64,000 nucleotides of DNA from positions 192,001 through 256,000 of the forward strand of contig CAVZVA010000005.1 in NCBI GenBank assembly GCA_963778655.1, written 5' to 3'. Numbering within the stretch: the stretch's first letter is position 1; the number at the start of each line of letters is the position of its first letter. A program made the translations under genes and the position numbers. The notes under the pieces were generated by a model, which worked only from the letters and a program-made list of their open reading frames with translations, searched no databases and had not been told where the DNA came from. The stretch is from an uncultured delta proteobacterium. Its GTDB lineage: Bacteria; Myxococcota_A; Polyangia; Polyangiales; JAFGIB01. Shown piece after piece: positions 29,566 through 38,748 of the stretch.

Positions 29566-29625
29566 GGGGGCTGATCGGCTGCTCTCCTACAATGTGGGAC
29601 AGGCGCTTGTCGCGCGGAGGTTGCC

Positions 29626-30279
29626 ATGTCCCCCTCGATCGCATCCATCGGCTCACGGCGCAGCGCGCTGCGCCGCGCCGTGCGCATGGAATGCCAGGTG
29701 CTGAGCGCGCTCTGGGACGAGATCGCGCCGCTGATGGCCACCAACCTGTCGCCCTACGGGCTATGGCTCGACAGCGGGCTGGCGCTCGACGAGGGCGAGG
29801 AGGTGGTGGTGAGCTTCCGGCCGCCCGGCTGGCCCGACCACGGCTGGCCGGTGACCGCGATGGCCGAGGTGGTGCGCGTGCAGCTCTCGCGCCGTCAGGC
29901 CGACAGCGGTCCGGCGGGCATGGGCCTGCGCTTCATCGATCTCGACGCCCAAGAGGGCGCGCGCATCAGCGGGCTGCTGCGCGGGCTACCCCCACCCCTG
30001 CCGCCTCCGCGCATTGCGGCCGAGGCGGTGCTGCAAGTCGACGGCTTCGAGCTCGAGTGGCGGGCGGAGGGACCGCTGCTCGGCGCCGCGCGCGCGCCCA
30101 GCGTGCCGCTTGCGACCGCCACGCGACCGCCGCGTGCCCCCGCCGCGCCGATCGCGCAACGCCTGCGTGTGCGCGCGCACGCCGACCGCCGCCGCTTTCG
30201 CCCCCGCCTTCCGCTGCGTGCGCCCGCGCCCGGAGTCGCAGCCACGCCGCGCAAAGCTCGCCTGCGCCTGGTCGGCTGA
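29626..30279 (+). CDS. PilZ domain protein
   Basis: RRSALRR, NLSPYG, AGMGLRF; GGAGG RBS; TACAAT at 29588. Confidence 0.8.
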   Translation: MSPSIASIGSRRSALRRAVRMECQVLSALWDEIAPLMATNLSPYGLWLDSGLALDEGEEVVVSFRPPGWPDHGWPVTAMAEVVRVQLSRRQADSGPAGMGLRFIDLDAQEGARISGLLRGLPPPLPPPRIAAEAVLQVDGFELEWRAEGPLLGAARAPSVPLATATRPPRAPAAPIAQRLRVRAHADRRRFRPRLPLRAPAPGVAATPRKARLRLVG

Positions 30280-30299
30280 GCGCCGGGCTGAGCCGCCAG

Positions 30300-30671
30300 T
30301 CAGTCGTCGCGCAGGTAGGCCACCGTACGCACCAGCGCGACCACCTGCTCGCGCCGTTCCGCGGTGAGCTGGGTGAAACGCACGCCCATGCCCGGATTGA
30401 TGTTCTCGCCCAGCGGCCGGTAGGGGTTGATCCAGGCGACCTCGCCGTCGAGCACGAGCGGGTCCGCGTCGTCGACGTGGAAGCGCAGCCGCAGCCGCGT
30501 GCCGACGCTCAGCGGCTGCTCGGTGCGGATGAAGATGCCCATCTCGCTGATGTTCGTCAGGTACGCGAACAGAAACGTGTCCCCGCTCGCATAGTCGACT
30601 GCGATCGAGGTGTCGAAGCGTTGATGCTCGCGCCGTTCGGCGCCGCCGCCGTCATCTTCGTCGAAGGACAT
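30300..30671 (-). CDS. TIGR02266 family (stand-alone PilZ) protein
   Basis: RREHQR, NISEMGIFI, GEVAWIN, PGMGVRF. Confidence 0.9.
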   Translation of the reverse strand: MSFDEDDGGGAERREHQRFDTSIAVDYASGDTFLFAYLTNISEMGIFIRTEQPLSVGTRLRLRFHVDDADPLVLDGEVAWINPYRPLGENINPGMGVRFTQLTAERREQVVALVRTVAYLRDD

Positions 30672-30698
30672 GGGTCTCGTCCGGGTTCTTGCATCGGG

Positions 30699-33044
30699 TC
30701 AGCGAATACGCAAGACCCCCGCGATCACCCGATTGGCGTTGTCCTTGGGTCCCTCCGTCACGGGCATGCGCGTGTCGCCCTCGTAAAACCCCACGTAGAT
30801 GGTGTAGGGGCCGGGCGGATAGGTGGGAGGCACCTCCAGGTTCTGGCGATCGATGATCACGTCGCCCGGGTCCCACAGCCGCACCGGGTACTGGCCGTCG
30901 ACCGGGTCGTGGTCGCCGTGGATGCGCATGGTCTCGGCGTCGATGTGCACGAACACGCGGTAGTTGCCCGCCGGCCGCAGCGCCTTGAAGTACCAGGTGA
31001 GCTCGAAGTACTCGCCGGCGCCCACGTGGTCGCCGTGCGGCACCCGCAGGTCGTAACCGAGCAGCTCGATGCTGTCGTCGAAGCGAGCGTGCAGCGGGTG
31101 CTTGATTGGCGGCGCCTCGCGTTTGACGAACTCCGACAGAAAGCTCTGATCCCTGCGGCCCGGAACCGCAAGGTTGCTCGCCAGCAAGACGCGCGCGTTG
31201 CGGGCATCCGCCACGAACAGGTGGTGGCCGGTGCGCGCGCGGAACATGCGGTCGATGCTGGGCAGGTCGGCGCTCGGAAATACCGCCCAGCGCCGCTCTG
31301 GCGAGATTAGCTGCTTCATCAGCTGGCCGAGCGTCTCCACCTCGGCTGCGGCGCCCTTGGCGTAATACGCCGCGGCGCGCGCGCCGACCTTGTACTCGAC
31401 CAGCGTCTCGCCCGAGCCCGCGAGCTGGTTGTAGGTCTCGTAGACCTCGCGCGGCGAGAAGTGCGCGCTCAGCGCCGGCATGAAGCCGAACGCCGCATAG
31501 CCGCCGACGCAGGCCCCGGCGACCAGCACGGGCAGGCTGCGGCGGTCGCGCAGCTTGGCGTAGGCGTAGAGCATCAGCTGCGCCGCCACCACCAGCAGTG
31601 GAATCGCGAGCGCGACCAGCAGCAGCGCCTTGCCGACCTTGACCGCCAGCGTGGTGAACAGCGCCGCGAGCGGCGGAATCAGACACATCAGCCCAAACAC
31701 CGCACACGCCAGCAGTGCGCTGCCGAGCGCCAGCAGCCACAGCTTGTCGGCGAGCCCACGCCGCCATTGCTGCTGGATCAAGCGGTAGGGCCCGGCCAGC
31801 GCCAGCCCGCCGCCGTCGGCCTCGTGCGCGCCCAGCGCGAGCACGGCGGCGACGCAGAACAGCCCGATCAGCGCAGCCCAGTGCCCGCTCGGGTTGAACA
31901 CGTCGGGTACGGTGAAATCCGCCAGCGGCATGCCGTGCACCGGGCCGATCGGATACAGCGCGTAGTCGCGGATCAGCAGCAGGCCCAGCAGCAGCGCGCC
32001 GATCGCGGCGGGCCACAGCGCCTCGCGGCCGCGCTCGACGTCGCGCAGCAGCAGCGCGACCGCGCCCGCCAGCGCGGCCACCGGCGCGAGCGCGACCTTG
32101 TGGCCGTAGCGCGACATGAACAGGGTGAGCGCGCCGTAGCTGAACGCGATCCACAGCACCAGCAGCAGGCGCAGGCGCCGCTCGGGGTCCTGTCGTTCGG
32201 GCGGGGCGTTGGGCAGGAGCGGCAAGCGCGCCAGCGCTAGCGGCAGCAGCACGCTCCACGGCGCGAAGGCGTGGAACACGCGCTCGAGCTCCGCGTCGAA
32301 GCTCGGCGGCTGGCCGCCTTCGGGCGAGCCGCCCAGCCACACGCTGAAGCCCGCTGCGTCGTTTGCGATGTCGCGCGCCACCAGCGCGCCCAGCAGCAGC
32401 AGCGCACCCAGGAGCACGCGCGCGGCCAGCGGGTCGGCGCCGTCGTCGGCCTTGCCGCGTAGGCGGCCCTCGAGCGCGGCCACGATCACCACCGCCGCCA
32501 GCGGCGGCAGCACGCACAGCAGCGCGCCCCGGGCCCAGGCGCCGGCCCCGCAGGCCAGCAACGCCGCGGCCAGCCAGCCCAGCCGCGCCGCCGCGCGGCC
32601 CCGGCAAAACACCGCCATCGCCGCGCACAGCGCGATCGCGGTCTGCAGCGCGAACGCCGGCGCCTCGCCCAGCATGGTGCGCGCGTTGAAGATGAACAGC
32701 GGGCTGGTGCCTGCGATCAGGACCGCGTAGATGCCGGCGCGGCGGTCCACGAAGCGCGCCACCAAGGCGTAGGTCAGCGCCACCATCGCTACGCCGCCGA
32801 GCGCGATCGGCAGCCGCCCGCTCCACTCGTGCACGCCGAACAGCCGAAAACCCTGGCTGACCAGCCAGAAGCCGACGTGCGGCACTCGCACGCTCTCGCC
32901 GGCGGCCAGGCGGCGCGCGGGCTCCGCAACCTCGACCTCCCACGGATCCCAGATACCAAAGCCGGAGAGCCGCACCAGCAGCAGGGCCGCCACCGCGGCG
33001 ATCGCCAGCAGTGGGCTCAAGCGTTGTAGTCGGGTTCGGTCCAA
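30699..33044 (-). CDS. GT-C glycosyltransferase (GT39/ArnT/PMT-like) with C-terminal periplasmic beta domain
   Basis: GIWDPWE, FG.HEWSGRLP; multi-TM; C-terminal IELLGYD..YRVFVHI..WDPGDVIID. Confidence 0.8.
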   Translation of the reverse strand: MDRTRLQRLSPLLAIAAVAALLLVRLSGFGIWDPWEVEVAEPARRLAAGESVRVPHVGFWLVSQGFRLFGVHEWSGRLPIALGGVAMVALTYALVARFVDRRAGIYAVLIAGTSPLFIFNARTMLGEAPAFALQTAIALCAAMAVFCRGRAAARLGWLAAALLACGAGAWARGALLCVLPPLAAVVIVAALEGRLRGKADDGADPLAARVLLGALLLLGALVARDIANDAAGFSVWLGGSPEGGQPPSFDAELERVFHAFAPWSVLLPLALARLPLLPNAPPERQDPERRLRLLLVLWIAFSYGALTLFMSRYGHKVALAPVAALAGAVALLLRDVERGREALWPAAIGALLLGLLLIRDYALYPIGPVHGMPLADFTVPDVFNPSGHWAALIGLFCVAAVLALGAHEADGGGLALAGPYRLIQQQWRRGLADKLWLLALGSALLACAVFGLMCLIPPLAALFTTLAVKVGKALLLVALAIPLLVVAAQLMLYAYAKLRDRRSLPVLVAGACVGGYAAFGFMPALSAHFSPREVYETYNQLAGSGETLVEYKVGARAAAYYAKGAAAEVETLGQLMKQLISPERRWAVFPSADLPSIDRMFRARTGHHLFVADARNARVLLASNLAVPGRRDQSFLSEFVKREAPPIKHPLHARFDDSIELLGYDLRVPHGDHVGAGEYFELTWYFKALRPAGNYRVFVHIDAETMRIHGDHDPVDGQYPVRLWDPGDVIIDRQNLEVPPTYPPGPYTIYVGFYEGDTRMPVTEGPKDNANRVIAGVLRIR

Positions 33045-33300
33045 CGGGCCAACGTGCTCCTGGATCGGCGTCTGCGTTGCTGCAAGGAGGGCGCGCCCTC
33101 GCGGGTCAAGCGGTTGATGGCGCAGGGTTTCGGCCTCGTGGCAAGGCGCGCGGGCGCAGGAATACTCGACTGTATTTCAAGCCCGCGCAACACCGCCACG
33201 AGGTCGAAGGACGAGCCAGGAACCGGTCAAGTCCTCCGTGTCGAGACGGGCCGCAGGCCGTCTTGCAACCGCGCGCGCGGCATGCGCCCGCGGCCGCCGC

Positions 33301-34914
33301 TCACAGGTCCACCGAATCGTCGTGGAAGTCGTCGCTCTGCTGCGCGGCGGCGGGCGCGGGCGCCGGTGCGAGCGCGATCGCGGCCAGCTCGCGCTTGAGC
33401 GCCGCCACCTGATGCTTGAACTTGGGCAGCAGGCTGGCGGGCAACGGCTTGCCCGGGCCATTGAGCTGTGGGGCCGGGTCGATCAGGGTGCCACGGCGCT
33501 TGAGCGCGAAGTGCAGGTGCGGGCCGGTCGAGCGCCCGGTGGAGCCGACCGCGCCGATCGGTTGGCGCTGCTTGACGTGGACGCCGCGTTTGATGCCGCG
33601 CGCGATACGAGAGAGGTGCGCGTAGAAGGTCTCGAAGCCGCCACCGTGCTTGATCGCGATCAGGTTGCCGTTGGGCCCGCGGCGCCCGGCGAAGCTGACA
33701 ACGCCATCGGCCGCGGCCCACACCGTGGTCCCGGGCGCGGCGGCGTAGTCGATGCCCTGGTGCGGCATGATGCGCTTGAGGATCGGGTGGCGGCGGTGCA
33801 TGTCGAAGCCCGAGGAAATGTGGTCGTAGCGCAACGGCGTGCGCAGCCAGCCGCCGTGCAGCGCGCGTCCGTTCTCGTCGTAGAACTCGCCCTTGCCAGG
33901 CGAAGGCTCGAACCAGAACGCGCGCATCTCGCCGCGCGCCCCCTTGTACTCCAACGCGTGGACGCGGCTGTAGCCGAGCGAGTGGCCTTCGATGCGGTCC
34001 TCCTCCAGCAGGAGCTTGAAGCTGTCGCCCTGGCGCGCCTGCTTCTTGAAGTCGATCTTGCCCTCGAAGGCCTCGACGAACATGCCGGCGACCCCCGGGC
34101 CCAAGCCGAGCGCCTGCAGCGCCTGCCCGAGCGAGTCGGACAAATAGCCGCCCTTGGCTATGCGGTGATGCTCCACCTCGACGTGCACACGCGCGGCCTT
34201 GAAATGTCCGTCCGCCCCGCGCTCGGCGCGGTAGCGCTCGGTGATGCTCGCGCGGTATTCCAGCGCCAGCAGCGCGCCGCTGGGACTGCGCTCCAGCACC
34301 AGCTCGTCCTCGGGCTGCGCGTGCCGGAAGTCGACCAACTTGGCGAAGGCGGCGATCAGCGCGTCGGCGTCGGCGCCCGACGCGCCGGCCTTGACCAACG
34401 CGTCGCGAAAGCCCCGCGCCTGGCCGAACGGGCGCACGCTGCGGGTCGTGCCGGACGGACGCTGGGAAGCCGCCGCGGCGGCGGGCGGCTCGGCGGCAGG
34501 CTCCGCCGCGGCGGCCATTGCCGCCGGCTCGTTGCCCGCAGCGGCCAGCGCGATCGCGGGCTGCGGCGCCGGCGCATCGGGGGGCGCGGGCGCCGCGGCT
34601 TGCGCCGGCTTCGCAGCGCTTGCGGCCAGCGCGGGATCGAACGCTGGCTGCTCGCCGGTCGCCGGTGCACGCGGCCGCTCGCCCGGCCACGGCTCGTCGG
34701 TGATCGCGGCTTCCCCTTCGTGTACGAGCGAGCTCAACCAGGGCCGCGCCACGGTCAGCCCCAGCGCAGCGGCGACCAGCATCAGCCCCAGCACGGCCAC
34801 CATCGCCTGCCGCACGCGCAGCGCGCGCAGCTCGTGCGGTAAGAGCGCCATGTCGACCGAGGGCAACGGCCGGTGCTTTGGCGCGCCCGGGTCTGCGTCG
34901 TGCGGCTTCGCCAT
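33301..34914 (-). CDS. M23 family metallopeptidase (MepM-like)
   Basis: ISSGF..R.HPI....PHQGIDYAA, YAHLS, VGSTGRSTGPHLHF; N-terminal TM. Confidence 0.92.
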   Translation of the reverse strand: MAKPHDADPGAPKHRPLPSVDMALLPHELRALRVRQAMVAVLGLMLVAAALGLTVARPWLSSLVHEGEAAITDEPWPGERPRAPATGEQPAFDPALAASAAKPAQAAAPAPPDAPAPQPAIALAAAGNEPAAMAAAAEPAAEPPAAAAASQRPSGTTRSVRPFGQARGFRDALVKAGASGADADALIAAFAKLVDFRHAQPEDELVLERSPSGALLALEYRASITERYRAERGADGHFKAARVHVEVEHHRIAKGGYLSDSLGQALQALGLGPGVAGMFVEAFEGKIDFKKQARQGDSFKLLLEEDRIEGHSLGYSRVHALEYKGARGEMRAFWFEPSPGKGEFYDENGRALHGGWLRTPLRYDHISSGFDMHRRHPILKRIMPHQGIDYAAAPGTTVWAAADGVVSFAGRRGPNGNLIAIKHGGGFETFYAHLSRIARGIKRGVHVKQRQPIGAVGSTGRSTGPHLHFALKRRGTLIDPAPQLNGPGKPLPASLLPKFKHQVAALKRELAAIALAPAPAPAAAQQSDDFHDDSVDL

Positions 34915-35003
34915 CGCGCGGATACCGATATCAACCCTGCTTCGGGCTTGCAAACGCACCGAATCGGCCGCGGACTGTCCGCGTTGGGCTCCGGTTCCCG
35001 GCC

Positions 35004-35032
35004 TTGACACCCCCCGGGCCGCAGACTACATG
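35004..35032 (+). promoter_or_regulatory. Putative sigma-70-type promoter of tRNA-Val/thrS
   Basis: TTGACA-17 nt-TACATG. Confidence 0.5.
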
Positions 35033-35053
35033 CCTGCACCTGGCTCACAGCCC

Positions 35054-35125
<72 letters not shown>

Positions 35126-35220
35126 CTGGGTTGCAACGCCCGGGCGGCGCCGCGTCGGAGCGCCGCGGACGTGGGCTTTGCGGACCGCGACACGTTGCAC
35201 GGCGACAAGCGTTACTAGTC

Positions 35221-37218
35221 ATGGCACAGAGCGGCGGCGTCGCGCCGAGCCCACGCAAGACCCCACGCGAGCTCCTCGAAGCCCAGGGGCGGCTGACGCC
35301 TGACGTGGTGGCGGTGCGCGCCGACGGCGTCGTGCGCGACCTCCACACGCAGGTGGCCGCGGACGCTCGGATCGAGCCGATCAAGCTCCACGACCCGGAC
35401 GCACTGGCCGTGATCCGCCATTCGACCGCGCACGTCATGGCCGACGCGGTGCAGCGGCTCTACCCCGGCACCAAGGTCACCTTCGGCCCCGCGATCGAGA
35501 ACGGCTTCTACTACGACTTCGACCGCCCCGACGGCCATTTCAGCGAGCAGGACTTCGAGCGCATCGAGGCCGCCATGCGCGAGGTGATCGCGGCCGACCT
35601 GCCGTTTCGCCGCGAGGTGGTCAGCAAGGACGACGCGCGCAAGCTGCTGCAGTCGATGGGCGAGACCTACAAAGTCGAGCACCTGGAGCGGCTGCAGGGC
35701 GAGATCTCGCTCTACCGCCACGGCAACTGGGTGGACCTGTGCGAGGGGCCGCACGTGCCGTCCACAGGCTTCCTGCGCGCGGTCAAGCTCACCTCGGTCG
35801 CGGGCGCGTACTGGCGCGGCGACGAGCGCAACCCGATGCTGCAGCGCATCTACGGCACCGCCTTCCCCTCGGAGAAGGAGCTGCGCGCCTACCTGCACGC
35901 CTTGGAGGAGGCGCGAAAGCGCGACCACCGCAAGCTCGGCAAGGAGCTCGAGCTGGTCGGTTTCCACCGCCTGGCGCCAGCCTCGCCCTTCTTCCTGCCG
36001 CGCGGCGCGGCCATCTACAACCGCCTGCTCGATTACGTGCGCGGCTTGTACCTGGAGCACGGCTATCAGGAGGTGATCACCCCGCAGATCTTCGAGCGCG
36101 AGCTGTTCGAGACCTCCGGCCACCTGCCGAGCTTCGCGCCCAACATGTTCTTCGCCGCGGGAATGGACAACCTCGAGGCGTTGGGGGCCGAGCTGAGCAA
36201 GGCCGCGCCCGGCGCAGACGCGCAGGCGTTGAGCGCGCGGCTCGAGCAGGGCATGCGTTACGCGGTCAAGCCGATGAACTGCCCCGGGCACTGCCTCATG
36301 TTCGGCATGACGCGGCGCAGCTACCGCGAGCTGCCGATGCGGCTGGCCGACTTCGGGCGCCTGCACCGCAACGAGCGCGCGGGCGTGGTCCAGGGGCTGA
36401 CCCGCGTGCGCACCATGTCGCAGGACGACGCCCACATCTTCTGCGCCCCCGAACAGATCCAGGCCGAAATCGTGGCCTTCCTCGACCTGGTGTACGCGGT
36501 CTATCGCGATTTCGACTTCAGCGACGTGCGCGTGGTGATCGCCACCAGGCCCGAGGACCGGCTGGGCACGGACGCGATGTGGGACCAGGCCGAGCAGGCG
36601 CTCAAGCTCGCGGTCGAGCAGCGCGGCCTGCCCTACGAGATCGCACCGGGCGAGGGTGCGTTCTACGGGCCGAAGATCGAGTTTCACCTCAAGGATGCGC
36701 TGGGCCGGCCCTGGCAGCTCGGCACCATCCAGGTGGACTTCAACATGCCCGAGCGTTTCGACCTGACGTTCATCGGCGAGGACAACGCCGCCCACCGCCC
36801 GGTGATGCTGCACCGCGCCGTGCTCGGGTCGGTCGAGCGCTTCTTCGGCGTGCTGGTCGAGCACGTGGGCGGCGCGTTTCCGACCTGGCTCTCGCCGGAG
36901 CAGGTGGCGGTCCTGACCGTCAGCGAAAAAGTCAATGATTACGCCGACGAAGTCGTGCGCGTGCTGCGCGAGGCGGGCGTGCGTGCGATCGCCGACACGT
37001 CCGCAGACAAGCTCGGCGCCAAGATCCGCAATGCCCGAAACATGCGGTTGCCCTACCTGGCGGTGCTCGGCCAGCGCGAGGCCGAGCAGCGCGGCGCCTC
37101 GGTGCGCTCGCGCGACGAGGACCGGGACCTCGGCTTCATGCCGCTGGACGCGCTGATCGCCCGGATTCGCGCCGAAGCGCTGCCGCTCTCCCGCCGCGGG
37201 GGGCAATCTAAGCTATGA
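35221..37218 (+). CDS. thrS: Threonine--tRNA ligase
   Basis: RHSTAHVMA, DLCEGPH, RIYGTAF, RDHRKLG, KPMNCPGH, GAFYGPKI, HRAVLGSVERF. Confidence 0.98.
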   Translation: MAQSGGVAPSPRKTPRELLEAQGRLTPDVVAVRADGVVRDLHTQVAADARIEPIKLHDPDALAVIRHSTAHVMADAVQRLYPGTKVTFGPAIENGFYYDFDRPDGHFSEQDFERIEAAMREVIAADLPFRREVVSKDDARKLLQSMGETYKVEHLERLQGEISLYRHGNWVDLCEGPHVPSTGFLRAVKLTSVAGAYWRGDERNPMLQRIYGTAFPSEKELRAYLHALEEARKRDHRKLGKELELVGFHRLAPASPFFLPRGAAIYNRLLDYVRGLYLEHGYQEVITPQIFERELFETSGHLPSFAPNMFFAAGMDNLEALGAELSKAAPGADAQALSARLEQGMRYAVKPMNCPGHCLMFGMTRRSYRELPMRLADFGRLHRNERAGVVQGLTRVRTMSQDDAHIFCAPEQIQAEIVAFLDLVYAVYRDFDFSDVRVVIATRPEDRLGTDAMWDQAEQALKLAVEQRGLPYEIAPGEGAFYGPKIEFHLKDALGRPWQLGTIQVDFNMPERFDLTFIGEDNAAHRPVMLHRAVLGSVERFFGVLVEHVGGAFPTWLSPEQVAVLTVSEKVNDYADEVVRVLREAGVRAIADTSADKLGAKIRNARNMRLPYLAVLGQREAEQRGASVRSRDEDRDLGFMPLDALIARIRAEALPLSRRGGQSKL

Positions 37219-37329
37219 CCAAGGTACGGCGCGCATCCACGCGCGGCCGGCGGCTCGGGCGCCTTCGATGGCGCGCGCGCCGCGACTCAAATGAGGGCAG
37301 CGTTGCCCTCGAACCGGAGGGAATCAGTC

Positions 37330-37974
37330 ATCGCAATTGGTAGGCCTTTCGATCGTGATAGAGACCGGGGCGGCGCGCAGGGACCGCGCATCAACCACCG
37401 TATTCGCGTGCCTCAAGTACGCGTGGTCAGCGCCGAGGGGGAGATGCTGGGCGTGCTCGACACGCCGGACGCACAGCGGCTCGCGCGCGAAGCCTCACTG
37501 GACCTGGTCGAGGTCAACCCCAAAGCCTTCCCGCCCGTGTGCAAGATCATGGACTTCGGGAAGTTCAAGTACGAGGAAAAGAAGCGCCAGGCCGAAGCCC
37601 GCAAGCGCCAGGCGACCGTCGAGCTCAAGGAGATCAAGCTGCGGCCCAAGACCGACGATCACGACATCGAGGTCAAGCTGCGGCACATCCTGCGCTTCCT
37701 GGGCGAGGGCGATAAGGTCAAGTGCACGGTGCGCTTCCGCGGGCGCGAGATCACCCACCCTGAGATGGCCGAGCGCCAGCTGCGGTTGATCGTGCAGCGT
37801 CTGGGCTCGAGCGCCACGGTCGAGGCGGAGCCGAAGATGGAAGGGCGCACCATGACCCTGCTGCTCGCGCCCCCCAAGGGCCTGGTCAGACCGCAACCCA
37901 AACCGGGCGCGCCCGCGGTGCCCCCCGCCGGGCACGCGGCGCCCCGCCAGGGCCCCACGGTCGAGCGGCGCTAG
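37330..37974 (+). CDS. infC: Translation initiation factor IF-3 (probable ATC start)
   Basis: RINHRIRVPQVRVV, DLVEV.P...PPVCKIMDFGKFKYE, KEIKLRP, FRGRE; GGAGG 37316-20 precedes in-frame ATC. Confidence 0.95.
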   Translation: MAIGRPFDRDRDRGGAQGPRINHRIRVPQVRVVSAEGEMLGVLDTPDAQRLAREASLDLVEVNPKAFPPVCKIMDFGKFKYEEKKRQAEARKRQATVELKEIKLRPKTDDHDIEVKLRHILRFLGEGDKVKCTVRFRGREITHPEMAERQLRLIVQRLGSSATVEAEPKMEGRTMTLLLAPPKGLVRPQPKPGAPAVPPAGHAAPRQGPTVERR

Positions 37975-38018
37975 CCCGCAGTCAGGACGGGAGCGGTCCT
38001 GCTTCCCGGGCTTCTCCC

Positions 38019-38054
38019 GCTTTCGCTTGTCCCAGGCTTTCGCTTGTCCCAGGC
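38019..38054. repeat. 17-bp perfect tandem duplication
   Basis: GCTTTCGCTTGTCCCAG x2 between infC and the rpmI promoter. Confidence 0.85.
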
Positions 38055-38061
38055 CGTTGGC

Positions 38062-38090
38062 TTGACTTCCAGGGGCGCGGCTCCTAGAAC
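38062..38090 (+). promoter_or_regulatory. Putative sigma-70-type promoter of rpmI-rplT
   Basis: TTGACT-17 nt-TAGAAC. Confidence 0.5.
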
Positions 38091-38152
38091 TTCGCGCCTC
38101 TCCACGCTGTGCCGCGTACGCGCGGGCTCAGCGTAACCAAGGCGAGAAGAGC

Positions 38153-38353
38153 ATGCCCAAGAGCAAGACCCACCGCGCGACGGCCAAGCGCGTTCACGTC
38201 ACCGGCACCGGCCGGGTGCGTCGCGGCAAGTCCGGCGGCAACCATATGATGCGCGGCAAGGCTGCGCGCCGCCTGCGCCGGCTGCGCAAGAACGACATGG
38301 TCGACAGCACCGACCAGAAGCGCTTCAAGCGGCTGCTTCCCTACGGATTCTAG
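38153..38353 (+). CDS. rpmI: 50S ribosomal protein L35
   Basis: MPK.KTHR..AKR...TGTG..LLPY; synteny. Confidence 0.95.
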   Translation: MPKSKTHRATAKRVHVTGTGRVRRGKSGGNHMMRGKAARRLRRLRKNDMVDSTDQKRFKRLLPYGF

Positions 38354-38367
38354 GCAGGAGCAGAGCT

Positions 38368-38715
38368 ATGCCGCGCGCAAAACGAGGATTCAAGGCCCGC
38401 CGCCGACGCAACCGCGTGCTCAAGCACGCCAAGGGCTTCTACAGCGCCCGCAGCCGCCTGTTCGGCGCTGCGGTGGAGCAGGTGCACAACGCCTGGGCCG
38501 ATGCCTTCGGGCACCGGCGGCGCAAGAAGCGTGACTTCCGGCGGCTGTGGATCACGCGCATCAGCGCGGCTGCGAAGCTCAACGGAACCAGCTACAGCAA
38601 GCTGGTGGGCGCGTTGCGACGCTCGGGCATCGAGCTCGACCGCAAGATTCTGGCCGAGATCGCGGTCAGCGACCCGGGCGGGTTCAAAGCGGTTCTCGAC
38701 GCGGCCGGCCGTTGA
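38368..38715 (+). CDS. rplT: 50S ribosomal protein L20
   Basis: MPRAKRG..ARRR, KKRDFRRLWITRI, LDRKILAEIAV.D. Confidence 0.98.
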   Translation: MPRAKRGFKARRRRNRVLKHAKGFYSARSRLFGAAVEQVHNAWADAFGHRRRKKRDFRRLWITRISAAAKLNGTSYSKLVGALRRSGIELDRKILAEIAVSDPGGFKAVLDAAGR

Positions 38716-38748
38716 AATGTGTGAGCCTCCGCCGCGGGTGATGCACCC

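Noticed and set aside
35215..37206. Long antisense or alternate-frame ORFs (e.g. 35215..37206, 50375..52807, 4395..6935, 23767..25668, 61898..63904)
   Set aside because: Stop-poor shadows typical of high-GC genes; no recognisable motifs and full overlap with well-supported CDSs
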